Both the position numbers and the translations under genes were made by a program. Source: a candidate division WOR-3 bacterium (GTDB lineage: Bacteria > Hydrothermota > Tepidihabitantia > B3-TA06). Taken from it: 64,000 nt of DNA. Under the pieces are notes generated by a model. That model saw nothing but the letters and a program-made list of their open reading frames with translations. It did not search any database and was not told the DNA's origin. Where the stretch lies: NCBI GenBank assembly GCA_965649265.1, contig CBFGKC010000013.1, positions 1-64,000 of the forward strand. Reading direction: 5' to 3'. Shown piece after piece: positions 1-9,688 of the stretch (the stretch's first letter is position 1; each line of letters begins with the position of its first letter).

Positions 1-84
1 GTCAATACTCATGGAGATTCCCGCTTTCTTTAATACCATCCTTAAACCCTGGTAACCTTCTCCTGGCGAAATGACTACCGGCAG

Positions 85-113
85 TTGACATCGTTGCGAA
101 CAGGGTATATAAT
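85..113 (+). promoter_or_regulatory. sigma70-type promoter, perfect consensus
   Basis: TTGACA(85-90)-17 bp-TATAAT(108-113); AAGGAGGAGG SD before ATG 156. Confidence 0.85.
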
Positions 114-155
114 TTCTCGCTCGCGACAAAACTACCTCTTCAAGGAGGAGGAAAA

Positions 156-1850
156 ATGGTTAAACGTGAACGTTTATTCATCCTTTTACCCGTTCTCGCA
201 TTCGTTCTTTTCGTAAGCTGCACTAAAAACGAATCTCCAACAATACCTTCGTTGATAACCGGACCTTCGAGCGGGACTGTTGGACTCGTGTACTCGATAT
301 CGGTCACTTCGACCGATCCTGAAGGTGACAGCATTCGAATCATAGCCGATTGGGGAGACGATATCACAGATACCAGCGCGTATTTCGCCAGCGGGGATAC
401 TGTTGACATGCCTCACATGTGGGCCTTTGCCGACACTTTTTCCGTAAGGCTTATGGCGCTTGACACAAATGGCGCGGAATCGGACTGGTGTGACGCCCAT
501 ACCGTCATCATTACAGGTGAAGTAAACGCCCCGCCGGAGGCCCCTACTATCTACGCAACAACATCCGGGAGCGTGGGCGTTTCGTACAAATTTACGGTTG
601 TCGCAGACGATCCAGATGAAGACAGCGTATCCCTTATCATCTACTGGGGTGACGGGACGAACTCGGACTGGGGTTCTCTAACCAAGAGCGGACATCCCAT
701 AGACTTATTCCATACCTTTACATCCGCCGACACTTACTATGTAACGGCGAAGGCAAGGGATAAGAAAAATGCGGAATCGCCTCTGTCTGATACCCTTACT
801 TTGATTATCGCCGATTCCGTGGAGAGCCGCTTGAAATGGTGCTTCCTGACCAGCAACCAGGTTATAACATCACCGGCCATAGGCTCGGACGGCACCATCT
901 ATTTCGGTTCGCAAGACCTCTATCTTTACGCCTTGAATTCCGACAGCACATTAAAATGGCGTTGCCAGATTTCCACCGTTCCATCCTCCCCTGTCATAGA
1001 TCAGACCGGCACTATCTATTTAACGGCTGAGGGCATTGTGGCGATTGGTTCAGACGGGGTCAAGAAGTGGAACTTCCAGACAGGATACGGCGAGACGACG
1101 CTGCCGGCCATAGGTTCGGACGGTACCATATACTTCGCGTCGAGCAACGATACCCTCTATGCCTTAAACCCGGACAGCACAATAAAATGGAGTTATGGAA
1201 CAGGCGGGTACCTGTCCTCCCCCTCAGTCGGTTCGGACGGGGTCATTTACTTCGGTTCTAACGACAACTATCTCTATGCGATAAATCCTTCAGGAACCCT
1301 CAAATGGAGATACAACGCAGGGGGATTGGTGTCTTCTTCGCCGGCAATAGGCTCGGATGGTACGATATATTTCGGCTCCGCAGATAATTATTTATACGCG
1401 CTTGACCCATCAGGGACACTCAAGTGGGGCTTCAAAACGGGCTCCCTTATCGTTTCATCACCCGTAATAGGGCTGGATGGGACCGTTTATGTGACATCGG
1501 CGGACTTCTATCTCTACGCGATCACATCCACGGGAACCCTCAAATGGCGATACGGAGTGAAAGCCCAATATGGTTCCCCTGCCTTAAGCTCTGACGGCTG
1601 CGTTTACGTCGGGGCTACGGATTACTATCTCTACGCGATAAAAGCATCGGACGGGACGCTGGAATGGAAGTACCAGACGGGCGGTGAGATATCCGGATCT
1701 TCCCCGACCATCGGTTCGGACGGAACAATCTACATAGGTTCAAACGACTACAAGCTCTATGCGATAAAGGGAACGGGTCAGCTCGCGTCGAGCGCGTGGC
1801 CGATGTTCGGTCATGATCTGAAGCACACCGGTCGGGTTGGAGGAAGTTGA
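156..1850 (+). CDS. Lipoprotein with two PKD/Ig-like domains and a PQQ-like (BamB-type) beta-propeller
   Basis: Lipobox FVSC; two 'ii.dWGD' PKD-like repeats; about 8 repeats of SSPAIGSDGTIYFGS.D..LYAL...GTLKW; C-terminal WPMFGHD. Confidence 0.85.
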   Translation: MVKRERLFILLPVLAFVLFVSCTKNESPTIPSLITGPSSGTVGLVYSISVTSTDPEGDSIRIIADWGDDITDTSAYFASGDTVDMPHMWAFADTFSVRLMALDTNGAESDWCDAHTVIITGEVNAPPEAPTIYATTSGSVGVSYKFTVVADDPDEDSVSLIIYWGDGTNSDWGSLTKSGHPIDLFHTFTSADTYYVTAKARDKKNAESPLSDTLTLIIADSVESRLKWCFLTSNQVITSPAIGSDGTIYFGSQDLYLYALNSDSTLKWRCQISTVPSSPVIDQTGTIYLTAEGIVAIGSDGVKKWNFQTGYGETTLPAIGSDGTIYFASSNDTLYALNPDSTIKWSYGTGGYLSSPSVGSDGVIYFGSNDNYLYAINPSGTLKWRYNAGGLVSSSPAIGSDGTIYFGSADNYLYALDPSGTLKWGFKTGSLIVSSPVIGLDGTVYVTSADFYLYAITSTGTLKWRYGVKAQYGSPALSSDGCVYVGATDYYLYAIKASDGTLEWKYQTGGEISGSSPTIGSDGTIYIGSNDYKLYAIKGTGQLASSAWPMFGHDLKHTGRVGGS

Positions 1851-1963
1851 CACCTCATCTTTACGCAAAGGGGCGATAAACACGTTTCCCGGTAGAGGTG
1901 AAAAGGTTAATTGTTGACGGCGTTCATAAATCAGGGTGCTTTGTACCCTGAAGGAGGATATTC

Positions 1964-2845
1964 ATGAAAAAGTTGGGTTTGTGGATTGCCTTGATAGTGG
2001 GATCGTCCCTACTCATACCGGTCGCTTTCGTCGTACCCGCAGTGATGGGATTCGACTTGTTTCAATTCTGGTGGGGTATTGTTCTCTTCATCATACTCAT
2101 GCTTTTGCCCTTCGTCTTCGCCGCAGTACTCATGATCTCCGTTTTCGGCGGGGTCTTCAAAAATCTACCCGGTCTTAACAAGGAGGCAAGAAAGCTCATG
2201 ATCCAGGGCAGACCTGGCCGTGCAACCGTCCTCTCTATCGGCGAAACTTCGCAGGGCACGGTCACGGTCAACGAACAGCCATACCTGCATCTGGAACTCC
2301 AGATTTTTGACGGTTCGACTCCACCGTATCAGGTCGGCATCGATACCATCGTTCCACGCTACGCGGTTCCTCAGTTCCAGCCCGGCGCATCTATCCCTGT
2401 TCGAATCGACACAATGGACAAAAACAAGGTCATAATCGATTGGAGTGAGCCCTCCTCGCCCTCCTCCCCCTCCTCCCAACCCTCCTCGCCCGTCCCCCCG
2501 CCGGGGGACTCACCCTCCTCCCCATCCATCCGGGCCGAAATGCCCACAGTAGGCAATGTTAGTGACTGGACCACGATGGACGACGTCCTTCTCAGGCAGG
2601 ACGGTATCGACGGCAGGGCAAGGATCATGGGTGTGGAACCGACAGGCAAATCAAAGGGATACGAACCCTTGGTCAAAATGACCTACGAGGTCACGGCACC
2701 CGGTATGGAAACCTACAGCTTCTCTAAAGAGGTTCCCATTCCTAACCAATACATTCCTCAACTCCAGAACTGCATCGGTCGCGCTTACAACTGCCGCATC
2801 CACCCGAAGGATAAGACCAGGATAAAGGTGGATATAACTTTTTAG
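1964..2845 (+). CDS. Membrane protein with two tandem small beta-rich domains (paralog 1 of 4)
   Basis: SD AAGGAGG; N-terminal TM helices; motif GTVTVN.QPYL.L.L...PY.V..DTIVPRYA.PQFQPG repeated in degenerate form; Pro/Ser linker. Confidence 0.85.
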   Translation: MKKLGLWIALIVGSSLLIPVAFVVPAVMGFDLFQFWWGIVLFIILMLLPFVFAAVLMISVFGGVFKNLPGLNKEARKLMIQGRPGRATVLSIGETSQGTVTVNEQPYLHLELQIFDGSTPPYQVGIDTIVPRYAVPQFQPGASIPVRIDTMDKNKVIIDWSEPSSPSSPSSQPSSPVPPPGDSPSSPSIRAEMPTVGNVSDWTTMDDVLLRQDGIDGRARIMGVEPTGKSKGYEPLVKMTYEVTAPGMETYSFSKEVPIPNQYIPQLQNCIGRAYNCRIHPKDKTRIKVDITF

Positions 2846-2852
2846 GGTGCTC

Positions 2853-2874
2853 TTTTTTGCCTAAAGGCAAAAAA
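2853..2874. terminator. Intrinsic terminator-like hairpin
   Basis: TTTTTTGCC-TAAA-GGCAAAAAA just after stop 2845. Confidence 0.6.
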
Positions 2875-2896
2875 ACCGCAGTCGACCAGGCTATGT

Positions 2897-2924
2897 TTGA
2901 CAAATTTAAAGGCCAAGGTATACT
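2897..2924 (+). promoter_or_regulatory. sigma70-type promoter
   Basis: TTGACA-16 bp-TATACT upstream of 2963. Confidence 0.75.
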
Positions 2925-2962
2925 AAAATCAGATCTCTAAAAGCTACTCCAAAGGAGGAGAG

Positions 2963-3829
2963 ATGGCTAAAACGAAAGCTCGCTGGTGGATTATGTTCGC
3001 GCTTCCTTTCATTGCAGCTATTCCCGTAGTAATCTGGGGTGCGCTGGAAACAGAGATAAAGAGACTCATCGGCAAGCAATGGTGGGAGGGTCTGATGCCC
3101 GTATTCATCGTCCTGATTGTTATTTGCTCTATCTTGCCGTTTTTGGGTATGTTCAAAGGGCTTTTCGGGGGAAAGGGTGGGTTCAACTTCTTCTGGGGTT
3201 CAGGGAAGAAGGCCAGGGAGATTCTCTCCTCCGGCAAATCGGCGACCGCGATCCTTGTCGCGATAGGCGAGTCCAGTCAGGGGGGTACGGTGACCATCAA
3301 CGACCAGCCGTATCTTAATCTCAAGCTCAAGATAGACGACGGTTACAAACAGCCTTACGAGGTGAGCCTCGATACCATCGTTCCACGCTACGCTCTTCCG
3401 CAGTTCCAGCCGGGCGCCGCATTCAAGGTGAAGATAGATCCAGCGGATCCCAATACGGTCGTTTACGATTCCCAGGCGACGGATACATTCGTCGGTTCCG
3501 GTTCAAGTTCAGTCCAGTCCGGATCGACACCCACCGTCGGCGGTAAGGGTTGGACCCAGCTCGACCATACCCTGCTCGAGCGCGACGGGAAGGACGGTGT
3601 GGCAAAGGTTCTCTCTATAGAAGACACGGGCCGATCGGAGGATTTCAATCCCCTTGTCCGGGTAAGTTACGAGGTTTTTATCCCTCGAGAAGAGCCGTAC
3701 AAAGTAACGAAGGATATTCCGATGCCTACCCAGTACGTGCAGCAGCTGCGCACGGTCGTCGGCAAGTCCTTTCCTTGCAGGGTTCACCCGCAGGACCCGC
3801 AGAAGATTCAGGTTAATATAACTTTCTAG
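2963..3829 (+). CDS. Membrane protein, paralog 2 of 4
   Basis: SD AAGGAGG; 2 TM; FFWG.GKKA.EIL..G motif; same two-domain architecture. Confidence 0.85.
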   Translation: MAKTKARWWIMFALPFIAAIPVVIWGALETEIKRLIGKQWWEGLMPVFIVLIVICSILPFLGMFKGLFGGKGGFNFFWGSGKKAREILSSGKSATAILVAIGESSQGGTVTINDQPYLNLKLKIDDGYKQPYEVSLDTIVPRYALPQFQPGAAFKVKIDPADPNTVVYDSQATDTFVGSGSSSVQSGSTPTVGGKGWTQLDHTLLERDGKDGVAKVLSIEDTGRSEDFNPLVRVSYEVFIPREEPYKVTKDIPMPTQYVQQLRTVVGKSFPCRVHPQDPQKIQVNITF

Positions 3830-3890
3830 GCGGTCTTTTCCTTCAAGGAGGGTTCGAGGAGCGGCTTGAAACTCAATCTTTGGAGGAGAG

Positions 3891-4775
3891 ATGACATACG
3901 AGAAACCCGGGTTCAGGCCGATTTCAATACTCTCGTACGTGTCCTGGGTGCCGGTTCTTGCGTGGGGTGTATTCGAGGTCAAGCTGAAATCGCTGATCGG
4001 CAGCGATTTCTGGAATATTTGCGCCGTTCTCTTAAGCTTGTTCATGGTCGCAGGAATCGTAATCCCGTTGATCGGGTCGTTCAAGGGTGTCTCAAGGGTA
4101 ATGAGAGAATACAACTTCTTCTGGGGTGAAGGCAAGAAGGCCAAGGAGATACTCGCCTCCGGCAAGTTCGCAACCGCAACCGTCGTCGACATCACCGAAT
4201 CGAGTCTCGGCGGCACTACCAGCATAAACGACCAGCCTAACCTTAATCTCAGGCTTCAAATAGATGACGGTCAAACAAAGCCTTACGAGACGAGTCTCGA
4301 TACCGTGATTCCTCGCGCGGCTCTTGCGCAGTTCCAGCCCGGTGTGAGGTTTTCGGTGAAGGTCGATCCCGAAAATTCCAATATCGTGGTTTTCGTTGAA
4401 ATGGAGTCCACCCGTAACACTACCTCCCATAAAGAGCATGAAAACTCCCAGCCTTCGCCACCAGTATACGGCGAGGAAGACGAGGAGGGCTGGAGCGAGC
4501 GTGACAACATGCTTCTCGAGCGGCAAGGCAGAGACGGTCTCGCGAAGGTTCTTTCAGTCGAGGATACTGGCCGGAACAGGGGGGGGAATCCTGTTGTCCG
4601 TATCAATTACGAGATATTCATCCCCCGCCAGGAGCCCTACAGAGCTTCGAGGGAGGTTTCTCTTCCGATTTCTTTGGCGGCAAAGCTCGGGAATGATGTC
4701 GGCAAAAACTATCTCTGCAGGGTTCATCCCGATGACCCGCAGAAGATAACGGTCAGGATTACTCCCGATGGCTAA
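3891..4775 (+). CDS. Membrane protein, paralog 3 of 4
   Basis: SD GGAGG; collinear with 2963 ORF (FFWGEGKKAKEIL, QFQPG, CRVHP.DPQKI). Confidence 0.85.
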   Translation: MTYEKPGFRPISILSYVSWVPVLAWGVFEVKLKSLIGSDFWNICAVLLSLFMVAGIVIPLIGSFKGVSRVMREYNFFWGEGKKAKEILASGKFATATVVDITESSLGGTTSINDQPNLNLRLQIDDGQTKPYETSLDTVIPRAALAQFQPGVRFSVKVDPENSNIVVFVEMESTRNTTSHKEHENSQPSPPVYGEEDEEGWSERDNMLLERQGRDGLAKVLSVEDTGRNRGGNPVVRINYEIFIPRQEPYRASREVSLPISLAAKLGNDVGKNYLCRVHPDDPQKITVRITPDG

Positions 4776-5601
4776 GCGCTTCAGACTGGGATTCCTGGGC
4801 AGCATTCTTATCTGGGTGCCCGTGGTGATTTTGGGGGTATTCCACGAAAAGATTATCGCCTCAATCGGTGGAATATGGTTTGGAATTCTTATGGGTGTTT
4901 TTGCAGTGGGGGCGGTGGTGCTTGACATCTTCCCGTTCTTTTCTGGTGGGGCGGGAGGTTATTACTTTTTCTGGGGAAAGGGGAGAAGGGCTCGAAAGAT
5001 ACTCGAATCCGGCAGGCTGGCAAGGGCGACGCTTCTCGGGATCGGCGAAAACTCCGGAGGCGGCACGGTAACCATCAATGACGATCCGTACCTTAACCTC
5101 AAGTTAAAGATAAACGACGGTTCTAAACCTCCTTATGATGTCAGTCTTGATGCAGTAGTCCCAAGATACCTTATACCCTCATTACAGCCCGGGGTTAGCT
5201 TTCCGGTAAGAGCCGATCCGCAAGATATGCAAGTGGTTGTATATGATACCAACCAGGCAGCTCTTGACGGTTCGGACATTATACTTGAGGGTACAAAGCC
5301 CCAGATATCCGGGCTTACACGAACACCTGAAGAAACCGAAGCAATTCACAAAAAAGGAATAAAGGCGACGGCAAAAATCACGGCGGTCGAACCCACCGGT
5401 AGAAGTCACGATTTCAAACCCATTGTCAGGTTTAACTACGAGGTAACTGTAACCGGTGAGAAACCTTACATAGTCGAGGCCGAGCTGCCGATACCTTCAC
5501 ACATGGTTGAGCAGTTCAAGGCCGTCATCGGCAAGGTTTTTCCTGCAAAGGTTCATCCCTCGGATCACAACAAGATATCGGTCGACGTAGACTTTGAATG
5601 A
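4768..5601 (+). CDS. Membrane protein, paralog 4 of 4
   Basis: Overlaps the previous stop; same motifs (FFWG, GGTVTINDDPYLNLKL, KVHP). Confidence 0.85.
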   Translation: MAKRFRLGFLGSILIWVPVVILGVFHEKIIASIGGIWFGILMGVFAVGAVVLDIFPFFSGGAGGYYFFWGKGRRARKILESGRLARATLLGIGENSGGGTVTINDDPYLNLKLKINDGSKPPYDVSLDAVVPRYLIPSLQPGVSFPVRADPQDMQVVVYDTNQAALDGSDIILEGTKPQISGLTRTPEETEAIHKKGIKATAKITAVEPTGRSHDFKPIVRFNYEVTVTGEKPYIVEAELPIPSHMVEQFKAVIGKVFPAKVHPSDHNKISVDVDFE

Positions 5602-5617
5602 CACAAAGGAGGAATCG

Positions 5618-6325
5618 ATGAAATCAGTAAAATCCATTTTTCATTCAGGAGTCGTTTTTGCGTTGGGTCTTTTTACATTGTCGTCGGGGCTTATTGCAAA
5701 AAAAACAGTGTTCCTCTCCTCCCCCCGCTACAAGATAGACATAGCATGCAACGTTCAAGGCAAGTGCGACCCTTATGAGGGCGCTGCCTTCTCTTTGCTT
5801 TCCCTCTCTACGGATTTCGAGATAGCAAAGTTCGGAGCGCCAGTGGCGGAAACGTATGAGGTCTGGTTCTATACTCAGTCGGAGGATATGTCCACCGCAT
5901 GGATTCCGGGTATTCAAATCCACGGGGAGGGCAGTATTCTCGACTACAAGATATGCCCTGCATGGGAAACAGAGGACGAGCCAATCGAGGCTAAGGTCAC
6001 AAAAGGACCTACTCAGTTCAAACCGTGGCTCGAGGTCCTGAGCGATAAGGTAATAAAAGATACCGCATCCCTGGAGGCTGTTCTCCCCATCGTGCCCACG
6101 GCATGGTTTCTTTTCTCTACAGGTTTCTCTGTCTTGGGCGACGAGTTAGCCTGGGAGTATGAGAAATTTGCCACGGGAGCGATTGAAAATTACAATCTCA
6201 TATTCAACGTTCCGGTAGACGACCTTGCCCAGGGCAAGGCGGTAATGATCGATACGACCATCGACTACGGATATGAGACAGGCAAATGGTCGATAATCTT
6301 TACTCCCTTAAGTGAGGAGAAATAA
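5618..6325 (+). CDS. Secreted hypothetical protein (paralog 1 of 2)
   Basis: Start moved to ATG 5618 after AAGGAGG; signal peptide; highly similar to the next ORF (GKCDPY.GA.FS, DYKICPAW, LGDELAWE, VPVDDLAQGK). Confidence 0.8.
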   Translation: MKSVKSIFHSGVVFALGLFTLSSGLIAKKTVFLSSPRYKIDIACNVQGKCDPYEGAAFSLLSLSTDFEIAKFGAPVAETYEVWFYTQSEDMSTAWIPGIQIHGEGSILDYKICPAWETEDEPIEAKVTKGPTQFKPWLEVLSDKVIKDTASLEAVLPIVPTAWFLFSTGFSVLGDELAWEYEKFATGAIENYNLIFNVPVDDLAQGKAVMIDTTIDYGYETGKWSIIFTPLSEEK

Positions 6326-6424
6326 ACATCGATTTAAGCCCGAAGAAGGTATGTATCTTTCGGGAACAAGTCAACTTCAACTTACTCCGTAGTGATTGGC
6401 AATAACTTCCGAAAGGAGGAAAGC

Positions 6425-7120
6425 GTGAAAACTTTTCAAAAAACACTGGTTTTAGTTGTTATCCTTGGGAGCATTCTCCTGCCCGGTCTTCTTGAGGCCG
6501 AGAAGACCGTCTTCCTCTCATCCATGCGTTACCTGGTGGACGTCAGTCTCGACGTCATGGGGAAGTGCGATCCTTACGACGGCGCAACGTTCTCAGCGCT
6601 CTCTTTCGCCACCAAGTTCGATGACGTCAAGTTCGGCGCGCCGCAGGCCGAGTCTTATGCTGTATGGTTCTACTTACCGGTTGAGGGCTCGGCCGGAACC
6701 CGCGTACCCGGTATTCAAATTAGCGGTGAAGGCGCATTTCTTGATTACAAGATCTGCCCCGCATGGGATGACGATAAGCCTACCGAGGCAAAGGTAGTCA
6801 AGGGACCGAGCAAGTTCGAACCTACCCTTGAAGTATTGAGCGAGAGTGAGATAAAAGATACAGCCAGTTCTGAGACCGTACTCCCAATAGTGCCCACCGT
6901 GTGGTTTAAATTCTTTACGTCCTTCTCTGTCCTGGGAGATGAACTCGCCTGGGAGCACGAAGGCATCGGCGGAGCCGGGATCGAGAATTACGGATTCGTC
7001 TTTGGCGTTCCGGTTGACGACCTTGCTCAGGGCAAGCTGTTTTCCCATAAGGAAACAGTAAAAAACGGAGCCGAGACAGAAAATTGGTCGGTGATGTTCA
7101 TACCGCTTGATGAGGAATAA
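6425..7120 (+). CDS. Secreted hypothetical protein (paralog 2 of 2)
   Basis: Start moved to GTG 6425 after AAGGAGG; signal peptide; paralog of the 5618 ORF. Confidence 0.8.
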   Translation: MKTFQKTLVLVVILGSILLPGLLEAEKTVFLSSMRYLVDVSLDVMGKCDPYDGATFSALSFATKFDDVKFGAPQAESYAVWFYLPVEGSAGTRVPGIQISGEGAFLDYKICPAWDDDKPTEAKVVKGPSKFEPTLEVLSESEIKDTASSETVLPIVPTVWFKFFTSFSVLGDELAWEHEGIGGAGIENYGFVFGVPVDDLAQGKLFSHKETVKNGAETENWSVMFIPLDEE

Positions 7121-7310
7121 GAAGCTAACGTTGGATGCTGTGAAACTTATCATTATGGCCTGCGTCTAGGTAAGCAGATAGAGATTCCTGCTGTCTTGTA
7201 GCTCCTGAATGCGACTCGACGATGCCGTATATCTTGATTAGAGACCGTTTGTTCTTTAAAAAAAGACAGCAAGGGAGGCGAAACATTTAAAATAATAATG
7301 AGGAGAACGA

Positions 7311-7796
7311 ATGAAAGTTTTAATAGCCTATGCCACTAAGTATGGTTCGACTGGAGAGGTTGCCGAGAAGATAGGTAAGGTGATGGAGTCGAAAGGCGCC
7401 GAAATCAAGGTCGTCAACATCAACGAGAAACCAAATCCAAAGGACTACGATGCCGCCGTTATCGGCGGAGCCGTTTACATCGGCATGCTGAACGGCAAGA
7501 CCAAGGGGTTTGTCGCAAAGCACCGCAAGATCCTGAAAGGGATTCCGGTCGCCTACTTTGTCGTGAGCGGAACCATGAAGGATGATACGCCCGAAAACAG
7601 GGAAAAGATAGGCTCCAAACTCAATCCCATGATTAAAAAGGTCGTTCCCGTTGACGTTGCCCTGTTCGGCGGCGCGTTCGATCCCTCAAAGGGTCCAAAA
7701 ATGATGGCTTCGGAGCCAGCCTCCGATTACCGTGACTGGAACGCCATAACCGCATGGGCCGAAGGTCTTGTCCTCAAGTTCAAGGAGCGCAAGTGA
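7311..7796 (+). CDS. Flavodoxin domain protein (HemG-like/Flavodoxin_5), copy 1
   Basis: MKVLIAYATKYGSTGEVAE FMN phosphate loop; LFGG...DYRDW..I.AWA. Confidence 0.9.
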   Translation: MKVLIAYATKYGSTGEVAEKIGKVMESKGAEIKVVNINEKPNPKDYDAAVIGGAVYIGMLNGKTKGFVAKHRKILKGIPVAYFVVSGTMKDDTPENREKIGSKLNPMIKKVVPVDVALFGGAFDPSKGPKMMASEPASDYRDWNAITAWAEGLVLKFKERK

Positions 7797-8236
7797 AGGT
7801 TCTTATAGCGTATACGACTAAGAAAGGTTCTACCCGGGAGGTTGCCGAAAGGATCGGCGAAGTTCTCGAATCCCGGGGCATGGACGTGATAGTCGCCGAT
7901 ATAAAGGACAAGCCTGATGTTGACGAATTTGATGCGACCATCGTCGGCGCGCCCGTCATTATGGGAAGCCTTCTGCACAGCGCACCCGACTTTGTTACCA
8001 GGCATCTCAAAACTCTCAAGGAAAAACCTTTCGCATGTTTTGCACTCGGCGGAACCATGAAGGAAGATACCGAAGAGAATCGGGCGATAATGCTAAAAAA
8101 GCTCTCAAAGATCACGGATAAGGTTGAACCGGTAGATATAGGGCTCTTCGGTGGCCGCTACGAAAAGAAGGGCGACTACCGCGACTGGAACGCCATAACC
8201 GCCTGGGCCGAAGTCCTGGCCGAAAAGCTCAAATAA
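7793..8236 (+). CDS. Flavodoxin domain protein, copy 2
   Basis: Start GTG 7793 (GTGA overlap, SD AAGGAG); TTKKGST loop; DYRDW. Confidence 0.9.
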   Translation: MKVLIAYTTKKGSTREVAERIGEVLESRGMDVIVADIKDKPDVDEFDATIVGAPVIMGSLLHSAPDFVTRHLKTLKEKPFACFALGGTMKEDTEENRAIMLKKLSKITDKVEPVDIGLFGGRYEKKGDYRDWNAITAWAEVLAEKLK

Positions 8237-8244
8237 GGAGTACA

Positions 8245-8730
8245 ATGAAAGTCTTGGTTGCTTATGCCACGGTGTACGGCTCGACAAGGGAAATAGCCGA
8301 GAAGGTCGGCGAGGTTCTGACATCCAAAGGCTTAGAGGTCGACGTTTCAAATGTTTCAGACGTATCCGATCTCCCCTGTTACAACGCTTGCGTACTCGGG
8401 GCCCCGGTGATGAAGTTCAGTTTCCTTCCGCCAGCAAAGAAGTTCGTTAAATCGAACAAAGAAGCATTGAACAAGATCCCCGTCGCATACTTCTCGCTCG
8501 GGCTCAGGATGATGGAGGATACATCCGAGCACCGTGAATGGATGATGCGCAAACTCAGAGTAGTAACCAAACTCGTCGCACCGGTCGACATCGGTTTGTT
8601 CGGCGGCAAGTACAAGAAACCTGAGAAGGGTTTTGCCTTCCCCTTCCCCGAGGGTGACTGGCGTGACTGGCAAAAGATAACCGCTTGGGCTGAAGGTCTG
8701 GTCGACAAGTTCAAACAGGGGGGAAGATGA
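8245..8730 (+). CDS. Flavodoxin domain protein, copy 3
   Basis: ATVYGST loop; DWRDW; SD AAGGAG. Confidence 0.9.
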   Translation: MKVLVAYATVYGSTREIAEKVGEVLTSKGLEVDVSNVSDVSDLPCYNACVLGAPVMKFSFLPPAKKFVKSNKEALNKIPVAYFSLGLRMMEDTSEHREWMMRKLRVVTKLVAPVDIGLFGGKYKKPEKGFAFPFPEGDWRDWQKITAWAEGLVDKFKQGGR

Positions 8731-9182
8731 AAATCCTGGTAGCTTATGCAACGGAGTCAGGTTCCACGGCCGAGGTTGCCGAAAGGGTGGCCGGGATACT
8801 GAAATCAAAAGGTTTGCAGGTGGAATTGTCACAAGTTTCGGAAGTATCGGACGTTTCTTCTTACGAAGCTTGTGTAATAGGTGCTCCCGTTATGCGATTC
8901 AGTTTTCTTCCTGTTGCCAGGAAATTCGTCGAAAAAAACAAGGTTTTTCTGGGCAGCATACCTGTTGCACTTTTTACACTGGGTATAATAATGAAAGAGG
9001 ATACGCCGGAAAGCCGCAAAAGGATGGCAGCTAAGCTCAAGGTCGTGACGAAACACATCACACCGGTGGATACAGGTCTTTTTGGAGGCAGGTATCGAGG
9101 TAATGATTACCGCGACTGGGTAAAGATAACCGCTTGGGCAGAGGGTCTGGTCGATAAGCTCAAGAAAAGAGAAAGGAGTTGA
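8727..9182 (+). CDS. Flavodoxin domain protein, copy 4
   Basis: ATGA overlap; ATESGST loop; DYRDW. Confidence 0.9.
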   Translation: MKILVAYATESGSTAEVAERVAGILKSKGLQVELSQVSEVSDVSSYEACVIGAPVMRFSFLPVARKFVEKNKVFLGSIPVALFTLGIIMKEDTPESRKRMAAKLKVVTKHITPVDTGLFGGRYRGNDYRDWVKITAWAEGLVDKLKKRERS

Positions 9183-9183
9183 T

Positions 9184-9675
9184 GTGAAAGTTCTTGTTAC
9201 CTACATTTCACGAAGCGGGAACACTCGCAAGGTTGCTGAGGCCATAGCGGGTGCGCTCGATGCAGATACGGAAATCAAGCAATTGAAAGAAGTTGATAAT
9301 CTTGATGCTTACGATTTATCCTTTGTCGGGTTTCCCATAGAGGGGTTTGGCCCTGCAAAAGAGGCAGCTCAGTTTCTTTCGACAAAAGCCGCAGGAAAGA
9401 AAGTGGTACTTTTTACAACCCATGCGGCTCACGAGGAAGCACCACAGCTTGCCGGATGGTTGGAAAAATGCAGCCGGACGGCAAGTCAGTCGGAAGTGCT
9501 CGGCGTATTCAACTGCCGGGGGGACCTGGCCCGACGGATCAAGGAAGTCATGATCAAGAGTGATGATCCTCAGCTGCGTGCCTGGGGAGAGGCCTCAAAA
9601 CCAATGGGTAATCCTGACGAGGCCAGACTGGAACGCGCCCGCGCTTTTGCGCGAGAAATGATGAAGAGTCTTTAA
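9184..9675 (+). CDS. Flavodoxin family protein (different subfamily), copy 5
   Basis: YISRSGNTRKVAEAI loop; F.C.G and P.E..L..A..FA motifs. Confidence 0.88.
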   Translation: MKVLVTYISRSGNTRKVAEAIAGALDADTEIKQLKEVDNLDAYDLSFVGFPIEGFGPAKEAAQFLSTKAAGKKVVLFTTHAAHEEAPQLAGWLEKCSRTASQSEVLGVFNCRGDLARRIKEVMIKSDDPQLRAWGEASKPMGNPDEARLERARAFAREMMKSL

Positions 9676-9688
9676 ACGGTGGAAAAGC

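Noticed and set aside
1-39. Possible start of a divergent minus-strand gene (MVLKKAGISMSID)
   Set aside because: Too short at the window edge to support
870-1780. Regularly spaced GGTTCGGACGG-like repeats resembling a CRISPR array
   Set aside because: They are codons of the PQQ-propeller repeats (IGSDG) within a CDS
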